From Euglena gracilis (lineage: Eukaryota), in NCBI GenBank assembly GCA_039621445.1, contig CP154954.1:33887737-33951736 (forward strand): a DNA stretch of 64,000 nt, written 5' to 3'. Below the pieces are notes generated by a model. It did no database searches and was not told where the DNA came from. It was given only the letters and a program-made list of their open reading frames with translations. The translations under genes and the position numbers were made by a program. The first letter of the stretch is position 1; each line of letters starts with the position of its first letter. Positions 60,421 through 64,000 of the stretch are shown piece by piece.

Positions 60421-63207
60421 AAACAGAAGATAATGTGGTGCAAACTGGGATGATGACACATTCGATATTTACCAAAAATGTTCATTTTGCAAAAATGCAA
60501 ATTTTCATGCAAAAAAGTTGCAAATTCTGCAACTTGCATATTGCTTTGCATAAAAAACCGTGCATTGCATAATATCTATTGTGTGTAACCTTTTTTGGCC
60601 AATTACTGTGGCGTCTATGCAAGATCCTGGGACAGGTTGGCACACCCTGTGGGTGGAGGTGACCCGTGGGGGGGGGACCCAACGCTCCTCCCCCCAGGTG
60701 AGTCCTGAATTTTTTTTAAAAAAAAACTAGTAAACCCCCCCCAAATATAAAACCCCCCGGTTTTATATTTGGGCGGAAATTTCAAGACCCCGAGGGGGGG
60801 GTTTTATATTTGGGGGGGGGGGTTATATTCGGTCGGAAAAATAAACTTCCCGGCGGGCTCCGGTAGTCACTTTTTTGGTCCAAAATCACAAATACGCCCA
60901 CCCTTGGGGGTCCAAAAACTTCATTTTTCGGGCGAAGGAGCAATTTTGACATTTTTTGGTAAAAATTGTTCCCAAATCTGCCAAAAAATCACAATTTCTG
61001 GAGAGAATTGTCGAAAAATTTTCCTTCCGGCGCTTCGCGCCGGAGGGGGGGGTTTATATTTGGGCGGGATTTCAAGGTCCTCAGGGGGGGGTTTATATTT
61101 GGGGGGGGGTTGTATTTTGGGGGGGGGGTTGTATTTGGGGGGGTGTTGTATTTGGGGAGGGTTGGGGGGGGGTCATGAGAAGACAAATAAATGGTGCTAA
61201 AAAAACTGAAACAGGACACACAGGTGGGTCTGGAGGAGTTGGGGGGGGGGGACTCTGGACTGCGTTCAATCAAAACAAAACCTTTCTTGCAAACGTTTAT
61301 TCGGCCACGTGGCACTTTTGGCACCAAGAGGAGGGGTGCGCAACACCGAGAGGGCTGGAGCACACTTAACAGTGCGGGGCGCAGTACCGGTTCCTCCACA
61401 GCGATCAGAGGGGCGGCCTCTGAAGGGAGGGAAGGGAAATGAAGGGATGCGGGGGCAGCAGAGAGTCCACCAGGGCCTTTCTAAAAGACCCCTGAGGCGA
61501 GGGAAGCTGGAAAAACGTGCTGGCTGCCGGTGGACTCCAGGGAGTGGTCTAGCTGGCTGGCAGCTGGACCTGGATGGTCGCCCCAAAAAAACAGGCAAAA
61601 GCCCGAAAGAAACAGCCCAGATCCCACCGGCAGCCGGACTTTTTGGAGGCCCCCAAAAAACAACCACTCAAAGATAGGCAACATGGATAATTTTTGGACC
61701 CCTTTTTCAAAAAAAATTGGTCCAGCCCAGCTTTGCCGGGCTGGCCTAACTTTGTTTCAGCGGACCCCCCAGTGGGGGGGGGGGGGGGCTGGAAGCTGCC
61801 ATTTTGGCTGATTGGTCCTAAATGACCGACCCCCGGGGGGTTGGGAAATTGGTGACTGGTTTTTGAAGCGTGACTGAAAGTGTAAGTGAGCCCCTGTGGA
61901 CGCCAGGGGTTTTCTTTAGCCAGAGGGACCCTGCCCACATCGGGGGGGGGGGTGGAGCCAGCCAGCACCTTTTTTTCCAGCCAGCTCAAAATCAATGGAT
62001 TTTGGCCAAGAACCCGAAAAACTTTCTGGCACCTTCGGCGCTGGGCGTTTAGACGGATGGGAATGCACTTTTCTTGTTGAGTCACAAAATTCTGGCAGTT
62101 TCAGTGAAAATGCGCATCCGCGCATTCTGGAAGCGGAGTGCGCATGTGCAGATTCCGAATGGTTTGATGCCTCTTCCAGACTGTGTGTGAAAACACCACA
62201 AAAATGAGCTGTTTCGATTTAAAACGACAACAAAGACCACCCACTCATATTCTACTTCAACTGCGTATCATGCTGTTTACAGCTGTTTCCCGACGACTGC
62301 GGTAGAATGCATGGCTGGACACACACTGTGCACACTCCAAACGACATGCGGAACACGGGCGACACAGGCCAATTTGGACCTGGGTGTGCCACCTTGTGTT
62401 CACCGATGTGTGCTGATGGCTTCCGGGGGCAGGGCCTGGTGAACCCGGGATGAGCATGGGAAAGAACTCCTTGCAGCCAGAGAGACACAGCCCTCCCAAG
62501 GTCAAAATAATAGGGGTGCCACTGAGTATCAAGGCCGAAGAATGCTCACCTGCGCATCTTTGGAAACCCAAAAAATTTTTTTTCGTGCTGCTTTTTCTGT
62601 GCATTCCACTGTGTCGCACCATGGGAAAATGGATGAGAAAGGGAGTTCAGTGCCTGAGAAAATTCCTCAGTGACGGGCACCCTAATTCCCAACTGCGGTC
62701 AGCAGCCTTTCATGGCATGAGTCAGAAGCTGGCGAATGGGCACATGCGCAAAAAAGCGTCCTGTGCCTTTCTTCAAATTACAGCCACACTGCTAAATTTT
62801 TGCACTCCCAGGTGGGCCTGCCACCACCCACGCCAACTCCCCCTGCCTGGCCTGGGTTGGAAACCACACAGCTGAAGTGTAGACCTCCCTGCGAGGATCG
62901 AATGGTGTCCGAGGACGAGGCAGCCCTGGAGCGAAACACAACAGAGGAGGACCACTGGGGCCTTGTTGGCAACGAACGTCATCCACCACACAAACCCTTA
63001 TTTATCGTATACTGAGTGTCGACGCTCCAGCACTGAAAACAACACCACCCTGGCCGCTGTGAAGACCAAGGAAAGCACATATGCACACACTTTCTGCACA
63101 GACCCCATCCGCAATGGCTGCAGTCAAGCATGGCACATCGGGATGAATGCGCACGTGAATTCCCTTCTTGTGTCTCCCCTTAAAGCACCCTGGTAGGAGG
63201 TTGCCAC

Positions 63208-63475
63208 CAGGGGTTTTTTTTAAGACCGGGGGAGGGGGGGGTCCCCCCACCCACCCCTGGGGGGCCCCCCCGGGGGTCCCGGGGGACCCACAAAAAAAAA
63301 GAGCGAAAAATTGCGAAAAATGCTCAAAAAAAAGCACTTTTTCAAAAATTTTCGGCGCCTTTGGCGGCGAAAAGTATATCCCACCCCCCTCCGGGGGGAC
63401 CCCCCGGGGTGGGGGGGGGGGCTCGGCCGGACCCACCCACCCTACGGGGGTCCACAACCAAAAAAAAAAACCCTG
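63208..63475. mobile_element. CAGG...CCTG MITE with 8-bp TSD
   Basis: GTTGCCAC at 63200-63207 and 63476-63483. Confidence 0.8.
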
Positions 63476-64000
63476 GTTGCCACCAGGCTTGTGCTTAAGT
63501 ACCCCGGGGGGGTACTGGCTAGCCAATCGGCTAGACACTGGAAAAAATGGACCAGCTAGACCCCCCCTCCCCAGGGTTCGATATAAGGACAGGTGGGGGG
63601 GGGGGGTCCGGACCCCCCCCCTGCGGGCCAGGAGGGGGGGGGGTGGGGGGGGAAACCCCCCCCCCACCTAAACAGGTGCGCGGTCTGGGTTACCGAAAAT
63701 TTTTGACCCCCAAAACGACCAAAAGTGCCATTTTGGGCACTTTTTGGGCGAAAATGTGCCAAAAATGCAAAAAAATTTTCGGCGCAAAGCTCCGGAGGAA
63801 AAAATTGACCATTTTTGGGGGGGGGGGTCCCGGGAAAAACCACCCCGAGGGTGGGGTCGGACCCCCCTGGCAGGTGGGGGGGGGTGCGGACCCCCCCTGC
63901 GAACCAGGAGGGGGGGGGGGTGGGGGGGGCCACCCCCCCACCTAAACCATGTACGCCCTCCTTATATCAAACCCTGGCCCTCCCCCCCGGGGGGGTCCGG

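Overview
Eukaryotic genomic DNA, most likely from a euglenid (Euglena-like): it carries three copies of the Euglena spliced-leader (SL) exon and non-GT-AG introns of euglenid geometry. Positions 1-18.5 kb are a head-to-tail and nested array of minus-strand CRE-clade (SLACS/CZAR/CRE-like) non-LTR retrotransposons with reverse transcriptase (RT) and restriction-like endonuclease (RLE). Four properties stand out. (i) Their long ORFs are punctuated by 2A/StopGo-like motifs (GD[V/I]ExNPGP), one nearly identical to viral T2A. (ii) In one copy two 2A motifs bracket a Dam/DIRS1-type amino-methyltransferase domain (DAFA...NPPF). (iii) Their 5' ends carry a retro-copied SL exon. (iv) Divergent copies share a ~55-nt hairpin-forming 3' end instead of a poly(A) tail. 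Positions 18.5-37 kb are nested MITE/foldback elements plus a ~5.5-kb palindromic satellite block. Positions 37-64 kb contain exons of three intron-rich host genes interleaved with CAGG...CCTG MITEs: a Lys2-like (aminoadipate reductase/NRPS-type C-A) gene on +, and a PLOD-type glycosyltransferase and a ZIF-like MFS transporter on -. Some frameshifts fall in homopolymer runs and may be sequencing errors. All family calls come from motifs recognised by eye; no searches were run.
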